Origin: Gekko japonicus
Taxonomy: Eukaryota
DNA length: 64,000 nt
Direction: 5' to 3'
Assembly (NCBI RefSeq): GCF_001447785.1
Contig: NW_015162578.1
Span: 38,050 to 102,049, forward strand
The notes below the pieces were generated by a model, which made no database searches, was not told where the DNA came from, and saw only the letters and a list, made by a program, of their open reading frames with translations. A program made the translations under genes and the position numbers. How positions within the stretch are numbered: the first letter of the stretch is position 1; every line of letters begins with the position of its first letter. Shown one piece after another: positions 62,637 through 64,000 of the stretch.

Positions 62637-63572
62637 ATGGAAGAAGATAATAAAACAATTGTGACTGAATTCATCCTTCTGGGATTTCAGAGCACTCCCT
62701 CCCTAGAAATTCTGCTCTTCGTTGCCTTCATCTTTGTATATGTACTAACAATCACAGGTAATGCCTTAATAATTGTATTAGTACTGACCAATCACCACCT
62801 TCAATCACCCATGTATTTTTTCTTGAGTAACCTCTCATTCCTGGAGCTCATGATCACTTCCACTGTCATGCCTAAGATGCTAGTAAATTTTATCACAGGG
62901 AAGAAGACCATTTCCTTTGTGGGCTGCCTTACACAGTCATTCTTTTATTTCCTCATGGGCTCCACTGAATTCTTCATCCTGGCTGCTATGTCCTTTGACC
63001 GTTATCTGGCAATATGTTACCCATTACGTTATGCATCCATCATGAACAGCAGGGTCTGTTTCCAGCTCCTCTTGGGGTCATGGACTGGTGGCTTTTTGAT
63101 CATTCTAGTTCCCAGCATCGTGACAGCTGGCCTGCCATTCTGTGGCCCAAACATTGTCGATCACTTCTTCTGTGACAGTGCCCCTTTGCTCAAACTTGTC
63201 TGTGCTGACACATCACTGGCTGAACTGGTTGACTTTGGGACCTCTTGCATACTGCTCTTGGGCTCACTTCTTATAACAGTTGTGTCCTATATTTATATTA
63301 TTATTGCTGTCTTGAGGATACCATCAGCAAAAGGGCGAAAGAAGGCCTTCTCAACATGTGTATCTCATATGACTGTGGTTACAATGTATTATGGAAGTTC
63401 TATCTTCATCTATGTCCGTCCTACCAAAGGGAATGTTCTGGATTTCAATAAAGTAGGCACTGTGTTGAATACAATGATGACTCCTATGCTAAATCCTTTC
63501 ATATATAGTCTCAGAAATGAGAGAGTAAAGGATTCCTTGAGAACTATCCTCAAGAAGGCCATTTGTGTGTAA
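62637..63572 (+). CDS. Olfactory receptor, family 6-like (Olfr49/OR6M1-like), 311 aa, intact
   Basis: [54 protein letters not shown]; acceptor tttttcccctctag at ~62617 and candidate donor cag|gtaaga at ~62108. Confidence 0.97.
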   Translation: MEEDNKTIVTEFILLGFQSTPSLEILLFVAFIFVYVLTITGNALIIVLVLTNHHLQSPMYFFLSNLSFLELMITSTVMPKMLVNFITGKKTISFVGCLTQSFFYFLMGSTEFFILAAMSFDRYLAICYPLRYASIMNSRVCFQLLLGSWTGGFLIILVPSIVTAGLPFCGPNIVDHFFCDSAPLLKLVCADTSLAELVDFGTSCILLLGSLLITVVSYIYIIIAVLRIPSAKGRKKAFSTCVSHMTVVTMYYGSSIFIYVRPTKGNVLDFNKVGTVLNTMMTPMLNPFIYSLRNERVKDSLRTILKKAICV

Positions 63573-63884
63573 AGTGCCATCAAGTCACAGCCGACTTATG
63601 GCAACCCCATAGGGTTTTCAAGGCAAGTGAGAAGCAGAGGCGGTTCACCATTGCTTTCCTCTGCAAAATGTTCCTTGGTCGACTCCCATCCATATATCGA
63701 CCTTGTTTAGCTTCAGAGATTTGATGAGACTGGGCTGTATTATACCAATCCACATCCTGAAAAAGCCCATGCGTGTTTATAAAGTGCTGTCAAGTCACAG
63801 CTGACTGCTGGGAAACCAATGAGGGGCTTTCAAGGCAAGTAAGAAGCAGAAGTGGTTTGCAATTGCCTTCCTCTGCACAGTCTT
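63563..63884 (-). mobile_element. Two tandem antisense 5S/Sauria-type SINEs (63563-63753 and 63771-63884)
   Basis: Both start aaagtgc..tcaagtcacagc.gact; the first includes the 5S-like ctcccatcc...ttagcttc.gagat; reverse complement of the family at 2362-2572. Confidence 0.8.
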
Positions 63885-64000
63885 TCAAGAAGACCATAGT
63901 TGTTCTACAAAAGTGATCAGGACACCTAGGGCACAAGTCAGCAGAAACAGCAAAATTACATAGATGGAACTTATAAGTGGGGTTTCAATGCAAATTTTGT

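Overview
Vertebrate genomic DNA. The repeat content points to a squamate reptile, probably a gecko (inference from repeat types, not a database match). The window is an olfactory receptor (OR) cluster with five intact single-coding-exon class II ORs (four family-6-like, one family 2/13, OR13H1-like) and one disrupted OR6-like copy. Three OR6-like genes (units A ~13.5-19.6 kb, B ~30.8-38.2 kb, C ~39.7-45.1 kb) are segmental paralogues sharing a putative promoter and 5'-UTR exon. Intergenic DNA is dense in TEs: a full-length decayed Mag-type Gypsy element, Ngaro/DIRS fragments with an SGNH-hydrolase ORF, Penelope elements with hammerhead motifs, Helitron pieces, CR1/L2/L1/BovB LINE fragments, tRNA- and 5S-derived SINEs, and hAT/Harbinger MITEs. 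Most notable: (1) OR-A carries a Helitron-like 5' end between two copies of a ~500-bp exon segment, and one AG|GT-to-AG|GT splice would restore a 315-aa ORF; (2) unit A is bracketed by direct repeats of a Helitron helicase fragment; (3) the last OR's C-terminus was replaced by two SINE insertions at one site; (4) patchy gene conversion among paralogues; (5) an inverted Ngaro fragment with an open SGNH ORF. I see no wholly new multi-gene system. All alignments were done by eye, and TE family names come from recalled motifs.
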